Below are positions 27,255 to 37,100 of a stretch of DNA of 64,000 nt, piece by piece. The number at the start of each line of letters is the position of its first letter. Positions within the stretch are counted from its first letter, which is position 1. The notes under the pieces were generated by a model. It was not told where the DNA came from and did not search any database. It saw only the letters and a program-made list of their open reading frames with translations. The position numbers and the translations under genes are program-made. The stretch lies in the IMG/VR virus record IMGVR_UViG_3300005805_000051, positions 1-64,000 of that record, one strand, 5' to 3'. This DNA comes from a virus.

Positions 27255-29198
27255 CTATCGTTTTGCGAGATCAGTATGATCGCCGTGTGGAATATCTCCA
27301 TGCCAGTTTCGCGGGGTAATGTTTGATTCTTCTCTTCCGATATCAAAATGATCTCCGTGGGAACGCTCCACAACTTCCACATCTTCATGTGAATCGCCGT
27401 GCGGAATATTCACGGGTGTTTGCAATAACGCAGTATCTGTGTGATCCCCGTGCGGAATATTCTTTGGAGCGTCAAGTAACGCAGCATCGATATGGTCACC
27501 GTGTGGAATATTCTGTATTTGATTCGCAATCATCAAGTCGGTATGATCACCGTGCGGAATATATTCCGTTCTATTCACAATAGCCGAATCTGTATGATCC
27601 CCGTGTGGAATATTTTGCGGCTCATTTAGGAAGGACGCATCCGTATGATCCCCGTGTGGAATATCTTCAGATTTGTCCAGAATAAATGTATCGGTATGAT
27701 CGCCGTGAGGAACTGTTTGGACAGACAAATCGGTGTGATCCCCGTGCGGTATGTGTGGAATACTGGCATCTGTATGGTCAATGTAGTTATCCGCGTGACC
27801 GGGATGCTCTCCCGTTTGCTGGTGTTGCTCCACAGTCATCTGCTCCCGTTGCTGGAGGTCGAATTGCAACATCGCCACATCTGTATGATCCCCATGCACT
27901 CCGTTTCGACGAATCGATTCAGATTGCATGACATTCACTAATTTTGAATATGCCCGATTCCAATTGCCTTGCGATTCATTGGCAATTTGTATTGCATGAG
28001 CGACATCAATTTCTCCCCCGCGCTCCCATGTCGTATACATGATCGTTTCAATGAGCGGCCGCTGCGGGCTTAATGACAGGGGTTCGTCCCCAACGGCGAC
28101 TAATCGACGCTCGACTTCTTCAAACTGCGATTTGAGTGTTGCACAATGCGAGGATTTCAGACGCCAGTCACCGTCCTTCGTATCGAACGGGACTCCCGTA
28201 CCGGGACAATATCCTTGACACATCAACCAGAACCGGCATCCTTTGCACCCACCATCTTCTTCGGGGGTAACATACAATGAAAGCTGCCGTTCATGAAAAC
28301 GATTGGTCTTAAATTGTGTAATCTGCCATTGACTTTCTTGTCCCGACCCCTCAGACGGCAACCAATCTTTCCCGTCTTTGATGCCACGTGTACAGTTTGA
28401 AGGTTCTCCTTCATTTCCAAGTCCTTGCACCGCAGCGGTACTCCACGGGTCGCAGGCTTTCCAAACGCACATGGACGCGGAATCTTTTCCGCGCAAAAGG
28501 TCAATCAATTCTTCAAAATTCAAGAACTTCAAACTTTTGAGTTCTTCGGTCATCTCCCATAGTTCTACCATGACTTTTGTGATTTGCTCATCTGGCAAGT
28601 AGAACTTCTCGGCGTTGTAATCCATTTCCATGAAATGAATGTTGATGAAGCTGACCCCGATACTATCCAGATAGCGAATCCATTCCTTCATCCGCGGCCA
28701 GCGTTCTTCTGACGCGTTGCCCGCATGGAGCGTCACAATCATAGTCGGACCGATGTTACGATCACCGGTTTCTCGGGCGATTCGTGCAATCTCTTCCACC
28801 GCCCATTCACTCTTTGCGGTTGCGTTCCGTGTCGCTTCGAGCGTTCCCGCCCACCGGGAATCGTTGAGTTCACCGGGACCGTCCATACTGATCCCGACTT
28901 GTGTGCGATACTTCTGAAACAGTTCGATGTGCTTTGGGGTGATGAGGGTTGCATTGGTTTGCAGACCCGTGTAGCCCCACTTCTCATATCCGGCCTTCAA
29001 GAGTTCTTCCAACTCTTCAAACCGAATCAGCAACGGTTCACCACCAAATAACTGCCAAAATCCTTGCGACGTTTTAATGGCTTGCATCACTGCTTCGCGA
29101 TTATACTTCGAAACCGGTTGCACATCACGCGCCGCCTGCTCGTAACAGTATTCGCAACGCAAATTGCAAGTTACCCCAACCGGGAGGACTTCAATCAT
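27255..29198 (-). CDS. Radical SAM/SPASM maturase 2 with a long IPHGDHTD-repeat tail
   Basis: CNLRCEYC, FGGEPL, ISMDGP...ND.R and SPASM-type CKGCRFWLMCQGYCP motifs. Confidence 0.93.
   Translation of the reverse strand: MIEVLPVGVTCNLRCEYCYEQAARDVQPVSKYNREAVMQAIKTSQGFWQLFGGEPLLIRFEELEELLKAGYEKWGYTGLQTNATLITPKHIELFQKYRTQVGISMDGPGELNDSRWAGTLEATRNATAKSEWAVEEIARIARETGDRNIGPTMIVTLHAGNASEERWPRMKEWIRYLDSIGVSFINIHFMEMDYNAEKFYLPDEQITKVMVELWEMTEELKSLKFLNFEELIDLLRGKDSASMCVWKACDPWSTAAVQGLGNEGEPSNCTRGIKDGKDWLPSEGSGQESQWQITQFKTNRFHERQLSLYVTPEEDGGCKGCRFWLMCQGYCPGTGVPFDTKDGDWRLKSSHCATLKSQFEEVERRLVAVGDEPLSLSPQRPLIETIMYTTWERGGEIDVAHAIQIANESQGNWNRAYSKLVNVMQSESIRRNGVHGDHTDVAMLQFDLQQREQMTVEQHQQTGEHPGHADNYIDHTDASIPHIPHGDHTDLSVQTVPHGDHTDTFILDKSEDIPHGDHTDASFLNEPQNIPHGDHTDSAIVNRTEYIPHGDHTDLMIANQIQNIPHGDHIDAALLDAPKNIPHGDHTDTALLQTPVNIPHGDSHEDVEVVERSHGDHFDIGREESNITPRNWHGDIPHGDHTDLAKR
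27270..27900 (-). repeat. HGDHxD repeat tail, mostly 17-aa period
   Basis: Ten HGDH(T/I/F)D motifs plus variants in the translation. Confidence 0.9.
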
Positions 29199-29199
29199 G

Positions 29200-30705
29200 T
29201 TAGTTCTCCATCTTCAGGAGCGCATCATCCACATGATCACCATGCGGAATATTTAATATACCCGCATCGGTATGATCGCCATGTTCGTCACCGTGCGGTA
29301 TAATTCCCGAACCAAAATCCTGATGCGACTCGTTATCTGAATGCATCGCATCCGTGTGATCCCGATGTTCATCCCCATGCGGACGGCTTCCTGTCGATGC
29401 AGGAACAAGATGACTCCCGTCATAATGATCGCCGTGACCAAACCCATACTGATCGATATCTTGTTCACGGAGTTGCCCGTTGAAAATCTTAATCGCGGTA
29501 CTCATCTCACACGCACGACCCTGCGTCCACGCGCGATACATGATTGCTTCAATTTCTTTGCGTTGCGGGTGCAACGACATCGGCGTTTCTCCCAACAGCT
29601 TCAGTCGTCGCTCCCCTTCGGTAAACAGTCCCATCCATGTTTGACAGTAGCTTGACCGCAGACGCCAATCCCCGACCCCGCTTTCTTGACTTGCGTCTCC
29701 CTCACCGGGGCACTGCCCTTTACACATCATCCAGAACCGGCAATCCTTGCAACCCCCCTCTTCTTGTGGAGTCACATACAGCGAAAGCTGTCGCTCGTGA
29801 TGACGTTGACCTTCGAAAGTACCGATTTCCCATTTTGCGTGACGACCCGCACCCTCGGCCGGTAGCCAATCAATCCCGTCTTTATTCGTGCGAGAGCAAT
29901 GGGAGGGCGACCCGTCCCCTTCGAGCCCCTGCACGGCGGAAGTATTCCACGGGTCACAGGAGTGCCATGTACACATGACATTCTCATCTTTTGCGCGAAG
30001 CAGTTCAATAATCGCACGGAAGTTGACTACCTTTGCGTTTTTGAACTTGCTGCTCAAATCCCAAAGCTGTAACAGCGCATCCATCAACTCTTCATGCGGG
30101 AGATACCATTCGTTTGCTTGGTAATCCATCTCCATTGTATGAAAGTTGAAATTGAGCATACCTTTTTCATCAAGGTCAATCAACCACTGCTTCAACCGAG
30201 GCAACTTATCTTTTGCAGCATTTCCCGCATGCAATGTAATGATCAGGCTCGGCACCATGTGCTTGTTGTTCACCTTCTTTGCACGTTCCAACAGCAGATC
30301 GATTGCGCGTTCAGACTTCGCGGTTGCCTTGCGCGTGGCTTCTAAGGTACCGGCCCACCGGGAATCGTTGAGTTCGCCGGGCCCGTCCATACTGATACCC
30401 ACATGTGTGTTGTATTTTTCGAAGAGGTCAACATGCCGCTCAGTGATGAGGGTGGCGTTCGTTTGGACGCCGGTGCTGCCAAACTTCTTGTAACCAATGT
30501 CGAGCAGTTCTTCGAGATGATGGAGCGGTAGCAGGAGAGCTTCGCCTCCAAAGAGTGACCACTGCCCGGTGGACTTATCGATCTGGGCAAGAACGGCCTC
30601 GCGGTTATATTTGTGAACCGGCTGCACATCACGCATCGATTGCTCATAGCAATAGGTACAACGCAAATTGCAGGTCACGCCTACAGGTCGAACTTCAATA
30701 CTCAT
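29200..30705 (-). CDS. Radical SAM/SPASM maturase 1 with a short HGD/HTD tail
   Basis: CNLRCTYC, FGGEAL and CKDCRFWMMCKGQCP motifs; tandem paralogue of 27255-29198. Confidence 0.93.
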   Translation of the reverse strand: MSIEVRPVGVTCNLRCTYCYEQSMRDVQPVHKYNREAVLAQIDKSTGQWSLFGGEALLLPLHHLEELLDIGYKKFGSTGVQTNATLITERHVDLFEKYNTHVGISMDGPGELNDSRWAGTLEATRKATAKSERAIDLLLERAKKVNNKHMVPSLIITLHAGNAAKDKLPRLKQWLIDLDEKGMLNFNFHTMEMDYQANEWYLPHEELMDALLQLWDLSSKFKNAKVVNFRAIIELLRAKDENVMCTWHSCDPWNTSAVQGLEGDGSPSHCSRTNKDGIDWLPAEGAGRHAKWEIGTFEGQRHHERQLSLYVTPQEEGGCKDCRFWMMCKGQCPGEGDASQESGVGDWRLRSSYCQTWMGLFTEGERRLKLLGETPMSLHPQRKEIEAIMYRAWTQGRACEMSTAIKIFNGQLREQDIDQYGFGHGDHYDGSHLVPASTGSRPHGDEHRDHTDAMHSDNESHQDFGSGIIPHGDEHGDHTDAGILNIPHGDHVDDALLKMEN

Positions 30706-30727
30706 AACGAAGCCTCACTCACTACTT

Positions 30728-30736
30728 AGTATAGCA
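30728..30736 (-). promoter_or_regulatory. Extended -10 promoter TGCTATACT for the rSAM-rSAM-methyltransferase operon
   Basis: Same motif as before uvsY, followed by a GAGG RBS. Confidence 0.6.
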
Positions 30737-30741
30737 CAGAA

Positions 30742-31938
30742 TTAGAACCCTGTCTCTGGTTTGTCGACATGTGCCACATCGGAGTGCGTATCCGTATGAA
30801 GGTCGGTGTGGGTATCCGTGTGCGCGTTGTTGAATGCGATGTCATAATGCGCGTCAGAATGCGAGTTACTGAAGGCAATATCCGTATGAGCATCCGAATG
30901 CGAGTTACTGAAGGCAATATCCGTATGAGCATCCGAATGTGAGTTACTGAAGGCAATGTCCGTGTGCGCGTCTGAATGCGATGATGCAAACGCGATATCA
31001 TAGTGTGCGTCCGAGTGCGACGACACGAATCCAATATCATAGTGGGCATTTGAGTGCGATGACGCGAATCCAATATCATAGTGGGCATTTGAGTGCGATG
31101 ACCCAAACCCAATATCGTAGTGTTCATCCGTGTGAGAACTGGCAAATGCTTGATATGGCGGCCCATAGTCATTGTAATAATCCGAATGCCCGGGATCGTA
31201 GGGGCCACCACCATTATCAATATATTCATCACCATGACTATTATCAAATGGTATATCATAATGATCGTCAGCATGTGAATTAGAAAATGCGATATCATAG
31301 TGGGCATCCGAATGTGATGACCCAAAGGCGATATCATAATGAGCATTTGAATGTGACGACGCAAACGCAATATCGTAATGAGCATTCGAATGTGACGACC
31401 CAAACGCAATATCGTAATGCGCGTCGGAGTGGGAATTGCTAAACGCACGGTCAAAATGAGCATCCGAGTGCGAGTTGTTAAATGCAATATCCGTGTGGGC
31501 GTTTGAGTGCGAATTACTGAACGCAATATCCGTATGGGCGTCTGAGTGTGAGTTGCTGAACGCGATATCGGTATGCACATCCGAGTGCGTGATCACGGAG
31601 GTGTCAGTGTGCAAGTCCGTGTGTGCGATGTCATCATGGGCATAGCGTTCTGCCCCTGACGCATCAACCCAGTGGAACCCACTGGCATGTGGAGAGGTGC
31701 TATCGGCCCAGATTGACCCTTGCGTTGCTCCTGCGGGTGACGCGACGGTCGGCCCGTAGACATAGCGTTCCGTGCCTGATTCGTCGATGTAGTGGAAGTT
31801 GTTGCTTTCCACCCAGATACTTCCCTTTGTGGCGCCGGCCGGCGTCGCGACCGAGGTACCTAAGAACCGATACTCGGTGTTACTTGCGTTCCGCCAGTGA
31901 AAGTAAGTGCCTTCAACCCAAATAGAGCCGTTCGCCAT
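30742..31938 (-). CDS. His/Asp/Ser 13-aa repeat protein B (paralogue of A)
   Basis: Same GSIWVE modules, about 17 repeats, a different centre and the same DKPETGF end; directly follows the tail fibre gene. Confidence 0.85.
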   Translation of the reverse strand: MANGSIWVEGTYFHWRNASNTEYRFLGTSVATPAGATKGSIWVESNNFHYIDESGTERYVYGPTVASPAGATQGSIWADSTSPHASGFHWVDASGAERYAHDDIAHTDLHTDTSVITHSDVHTDIAFSNSHSDAHTDIAFSNSHSNAHTDIAFNNSHSDAHFDRAFSNSHSDAHYDIAFGSSHSNAHYDIAFASSHSNAHYDIAFGSSHSDAHYDIAFSNSHADDHYDIPFDNSHGDEYIDNGGGPYDPGHSDYYNDYGPPYQAFASSHTDEHYDIGFGSSHSNAHYDIGFASSHSNAHYDIGFVSSHSDAHYDIAFASSHSDAHTDIAFSNSHSDAHTDIAFSNSHSDAHTDIAFSNSHSDAHYDIAFNNAHTDTHTDLHTDTHSDVAHVDKPETGF

Positions 31939-31956
31939 ATTCTTATCCTAGTAATC

Positions 31957-33858
31957 CTATGGTTGTAGTGTAGCACGAAGTGCTGCAACTTCCGCAGACA
32001 ATTCTTTGATTGCTGCAACCAGATATGGCACTAATCCTTGATATGCCATGACTTTAGCATCGTTGAGGTCTTCGGATTCAATTGTGTGAACTAATTCGGG
32101 GAAGACCCGTTCTACATCTTGAGCGATAAGGAATGACCGCGTAACATCCGCGTCATCACCCGTGAACCGCCCCATCACCGTGCGAAGAGTCTGTAGTCGT
32201 GAAGTGGCGTTTGAAATTGGCTCAGTTAAAATCTTTGTCCGTTCATCGGACATCGCCGACCAAGCGGTGGCCCCATTAACTAACTGGACACCACCAGAAC
32301 CCCCAACCCCCGGATTTGCATACGCTCGTAGTACTGGAGCGGCCCCTGTACCATAGACATCAATGACCCATGCGTGCGCCTGATCCGAGGCGCGTTCCCA
32401 TCTAATCTCCCCACCTTCGATCGATGTATCTCCGCGACGCAACACAAACCCGGTTGATACACCTTCATACGCGACGGTGGCGGTCGTAGCAGAAGAGGCG
32501 CTTCCCGCACTTCCCGTGATGTTGATGCCCCATGTTCCAGAAGCTCCAGCTCCGCCGGTGGAAGGCGCACCCACCGTGTTGTAACTGATGGTCTTACCCG
32601 CACTTCCATTATAGCTGGTGCCTGATGCCTCACCAGCACCACCATTGTTAAATATGATGGCGTTGGATACTTGAGTTGCTTGCGCCGCGGTCGTCGCACT
32701 AGTGGCGGTCGTGGCGGTTGTGGCACTTCCCGCACTTCCCGTAATATTAATGCCCCAAGTTCCAGAAGCCCCAGTTCCGCCCGTGGAAGGCGCGCCTACC
32801 GTATTATAACTGACCGTGATAGCTCCCGATCCATTATACGTCGTCCCTGACGCGGCTCCACTTCCTCCGTTGTTGAAGGTTACCGCGTTGAGGTTGCTTC
32901 CAAGTGTAACACCTGAAATGGTTGAGGCTGCGAGCTTACTGACAGCAATCGCAGCACTCCCGCTGATGTCTGCGTTAACGATACCTCCCGTCAACGACAA
33001 CTTACTATATGCAATCGCCGCGGAGGCGCTGACGTCTCCATTGACAATCGTACCATCAGCAATCATTGAACTTGTAACTTTTCCTGCCCCAATGGTAGTC
33101 GCTCCAGTACCAGAGATGGTCACATCCCCGGACATAGCAAGAGCTTCAATCCCACCGGTCGCATTCCCTAGTAACAACCGACCGGCGCTAGTGGTCGCCA
33201 GCTTGTCGTGCGACAACGATCCGGCAGCAATCCGTGCGGCGGGCAAAGTACCATTTGAAATATTACTTGCGTTAACCGTCGTAATGTTGATGCCGTTTCC
33301 GGTCAGGAATCCCGCAGCTCCTGCGCTTACATTCGACGTCGCATAGATGTTGACTGCGTTCATGTTACCAGCAGTGGCCGTCACATTCCCTGACGCAGTA
33401 ATGGTGCCAGATGCAGTGATGAACCCCGTGGCGATGACATTCCCGGTCGCGACATTGCCGGTCGCACTGATAGTCGTGGTGTTCAGTGCAGTCGTGTTGA
33501 CATTCTGTGTCGCGGTGATGTTCAACGCACCCGTGATGTTCGCGCTCAGTACCAAGTTGCGCGTCACCGACAAGGAGTTGCTCATCGTCACATCACCGGT
33601 AATCGCCACATTCGCATTAAACGTCGCAATGCCGTTGATGGTCGTATTTCCGTTAACGGACAGTACATTACTGGTCGTCAGATTGACAATCGTTGCAGTC
33701 CCATTCAGACTAACATTGCCAGTTGAAACGCTCGGAGTCGCATTCTGTGCAACCTGCAAATAGACGCTCGTGTTCGCAACATGGCTAATGAGATTATTTG
33801 TCGCATCAAACCATGTATTGAAACTATCGGTCGTCTGAATAATGGAAGGTAACGGCAT
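31957..33858 (-). CDS. Tail fibre with a C-terminal intramolecular chaperone (peptidase S74-like)
   Basis: SDERTK cleavage motif, IAQDVERVFPELV, Y..LVPYLVAAIKEL coiled coil, and an internal ~60-aa duplication. Confidence 0.9.
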   Translation of the reverse strand: MPLPSIIQTTDSFNTWFDATNNLISHVANTSVYLQVAQNATPSVSTGNVSLNGTATIVNLTTSNVLSVNGNTTINGIATFNANVAITGDVTMSNSLSVTRNLVLSANITGALNITATQNVNTTALNTTTISATGNVATGNVIATGFITASGTITASGNVTATAGNMNAVNIYATSNVSAGAAGFLTGNGINITTVNASNISNGTLPAARIAAGSLSHDKLATTSAGRLLLGNATGGIEALAMSGDVTISGTGATTIGAGKVTSSMIADGTIVNGDVSASAAIAYSKLSLTGGIVNADISGSAAIAVSKLAASTISGVTLGSNLNAVTFNNGGSGAASGTTYNGSGAITVSYNTVGAPSTGGTGASGTWGINITGSAGSATTATTATSATTAAQATQVSNAIIFNNGGAGEASGTSYNGSAGKTISYNTVGAPSTGGAGASGTWGINITGSAGSASSATTATVAYEGVSTGFVLRRGDTSIEGGEIRWERASDQAHAWVIDVYGTGAAPVLRAYANPGVGGSGGVQLVNGATAWSAMSDERTKILTEPISNATSRLQTLRTVMGRFTGDDADVTRSFLIAQDVERVFPELVHTIESEDLNDAKVMAYQGLVPYLVAAIKELSAEVAALRATLQP

Positions 33859-33860
33859 GA

Positions 33861-34139
33861 CTACTCCTGCGTCTTCGTCGGTTCAGGCGTCGACCGCGAC
33901 ACCAGTGTGGTAATGTGCTGCACGAGTTCTTGCAGTAACGATTCACAGCGGTCTAGCCGATTCGACATCATCGAAAATCGGGTTTCAAAATCTTCTCGCT
34001 GTTGCGTAACTTCCGCCATGCGCTTGGCGGTGCCGCGAGACGCGCGGGCCTTGAGTAACGCGGCTCGGTCTGTGACGACCAAGCCGCGGGAGTCCGTGTC
34101 TCGTGCTACCAGAGGATTGTCTGTCTGAACATATGACAT
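33861..34139 (-). CDS. Small conserved late protein
   Basis: RD..SRGLV.TD motif plus a coiled coil; ATAAATA 5 nt before the ATG. Confidence 0.7.
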   Translation of the reverse strand: MSYVQTDNPLVARDTDSRGLVVTDRAALLKARASRGTAKRMAEVTQQREDFETRFSMMSNRLDRCESLLQELVQHITTLVSRSTPEPTKTQE

Positions 34140-34152
34140 GATTGTATTTATC

Positions 34153-37100
34153 CTATACGTCTAACGCAATTGCTCGTAGGTTTCGCAACCGTGGCACAAT
34201 CGTCGTATCTTCTGACCGCATCACAATCTTAATCGCAAAGGTACGGAACCGTGTGTATTCTACGCTATTGGATGTATACGCAGCGGTATTGGCAGTTGTG
34301 CGATACTCATACTCACGGAACTCACGATCTGTATTCGAGAATACATTTTCCTGCGTACTCTTGACCTGCATTCGTACCCAGTTCTTTTGATCGAAGGTTT
34401 CCTTGTCCCCTGTTGCTAACACTTTGTAGTAGACATCGATGTTTGTCGCGGGCGGGCGATTAGCAGAGACATAGACCTTGAGGTCTGCCGCTTCAAACCC
34501 ATCGGCGAGATTGACACGACGCGTTACATAGCGGGCTTTCTGCTCTCCGTAGATACTAACCTTGTTGCTGGTTTCTCCACGATATGTCAGCACCGGGGTC
34601 GTCGAGAATGCCCCAGTTGCTAATGTCGGGGCAGGAACTGTGATTGTTTCCAGATACCCGCTCCCATTAGTAGTAACATAGACATTCTGCACTTGTCCCG
34701 TGCTGTTAATGTAGAAGGTAGCTACCCCACCCGTGCCGCATTCTGCACCATTGGCCATGGTTCCTGTAATTGAAACCGTCAGCGTATTGGTATTCGCATA
34801 CGCGGCGTTTGCGGTAGCATCCATCTGGCCCGGATTTTCGATGATGACACCGTTACTATACAACTGTCCATTGTCGATGACATTTCGCACCGCAATCAAG
34901 TTGAACCGTGAGGTGTCATACATTGGAGCAACCAGATTGGAATCTGTTTTGAACGATACCACCAGTTGCAAGCTATCAGTGTTGCTGTTGTTGATACGCG
35001 CACGGCTGGTCAACGGAATATTCTGATCCAGTCGTGTAGAGAATGTTGACTGATAGGTGTTGGTTACTGCGTCCGTTACCTTCAACTGATAAGTGGCATT
35101 ATTCACCGTCTCAGGGAAATCAATGTGTTGTGTTTCCACATGATACAAATCAAAGAAGTAAGTACCGTTTGAATCCGTGGTTAGCAAATTACCACTACCA
35201 AACGGACGCAGCGTTGGCGTTTCTGCTAACTTGAACACTGCCGTAGCGGGACTCGTTGAAAAGACCGCCCGATTCAATACGAACATAAGGTCTTCTTCTT
35301 GCTGCGGTGTCCATGTGCGCGAGTTCTGCGACTTGAAGAATGAACCCGCATACGGTTGTTCCGAAATGCGACGGGTCGTTCCGATAATGTTCTGACCAAT
35401 TTCTCCGACCATAAGCTCATAATCAAAGCTGTTGGTCAGCACCACAATCGCGTACTCTTGACCAGCAGCTAAGTATACGGGATTTGCAAAAGTAAACCGC
35501 GTGTAGTGATCGGCATTTGTCGGATCGGGCGTCGTATTTGACGGCACCACATTCACGCTATATGCAATTGCCGACCCCAACACTTCATCCGCAGACGGGA
35601 ATCCATTGACAGTGGTTCGCAGTTGTACCGTGACCGGCACATTTCCGCTATCTTTACGACCAAAGAACAAATCCAAGCTAGTGATGTAGACCCCGGATGG
35701 ATTTTGTTGAGCATCCACAAGGAATGTCTGGGCTACGGGATCGATATACGCCCCCGGTGTCACGGTGACGCGTGTTCCGGCATCGGTAATACGAGTAGTA
35801 TCGGCTCTAGTTCCAGTTGTAGCCTGTCCCGAAATACTGACCGCAACCGTTGAAACTTTTTGATTCTCTACAACCTTTGTCTGTCCTTGCGCTTCATATG
35901 CGGTTTCGGCCGACATCTTTGCGACAGATGCAGACAAGTTATCTGCTATTTTGAAGATTCGGCGACCCGTATTAAATCGTAGCGAGGATAACGTGATTCC
36001 CTCGATACTTCCGTTGGCTAACCGCCGCAAACTGGATGTATCTGTGGTGTACCCATATCCCGGCAAGAAGAACATACCATATGCACACCCCGGTTGGCGC
36101 GAGCCGGCACTAGGAGCATTATAGGACATTTCTCCAGACAAGTTTGTAGTAAGCGGATCAGTTTTTACATTTCCAATACTGTACCGACTGCTTGCGGTCG
36201 GTGTTGTACTAAGTGCGCTACTGAGTGTGGCCACTTTCGTACCGCCATCATATGCGGTGATGGTTGCACGACTTCCTTCACCCGGTCCGTTAGTGACATA
36301 CAGGACTTGATTTTGGTAGGCATTTGTGACAGCACTAGCACCCGTATCTAAACATACAGATGTCGTGTTTGAACTTCCACTGGTCTGGAATCGACCCGCA
36401 TATGACACATATTCACTAACCGGCACAGCGGTGTGTGCGGTCGAGCGAAGGCTACTCAACGCGGCGGTTACATGAATGTTTTCACCAGACCCGAAGAAGC
36501 GACCACGCGGATTCACCACACGCAACACATTGCCAGTAATCGCAGCAATCACCGCTTGACCTGCATTTGATGCGGCGTTTGAAGTGATAGTTTCTCCGAC
36601 AATAAACGTTGCCGCAGCGGCATTTGACGCTAACCGCACTTCGCTTGCGCGTTCAATATAATTGGTGACATCCACTTCATCGAACGAGGCGACCAATGTA
36701 GAATCAGGTTTTAATCCGGTCGTCACAAAAACTACATTTGCTTCGCGAATCGTGGGAACAATATTGGTGTCGATTACGCGATCGCCCAAATTAGTTTCGC
36801 GCACACTGGTGGTCGCACTAATTGTGTTTCCCGTGCGTTGATGTCTTTCTGTCACGCGGGTAACACTGGAATCAATGGCTACATCAAACCATCGCGCACG
36901 ACCAGTTCCATCTGACCCCGGTCCGGCCACGGTTCCAGCCGCAACGCGAGTAAAGTCAGTTCGTGGCTGACCCACCACCGTGGTTTCCCAATCATTCCAC
37001 ACCGTACCAAACGATTTGGTGCCCCAATTGTCTTCTGCATTAAACAGATTGGTTGACACTTGAGGCGCACGGACCGTATCAACCCAAATATCACTGGACG

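Noticed and set aside
24570-31580. Alternative-frame ORFs over the His repeats (24570-25076, 25104-25610, 30726-31580)
   Set aside because: They are shadow frames of the repeat coding. The repeats vary mainly at third positions of the His/Asp frame.
24574-31938. Paralogous repeat genes as a diversity-generating retroelement TR/VR pair
   Set aside because: There is no reverse transcriptase in the window, and the differences are not adenine-specific.
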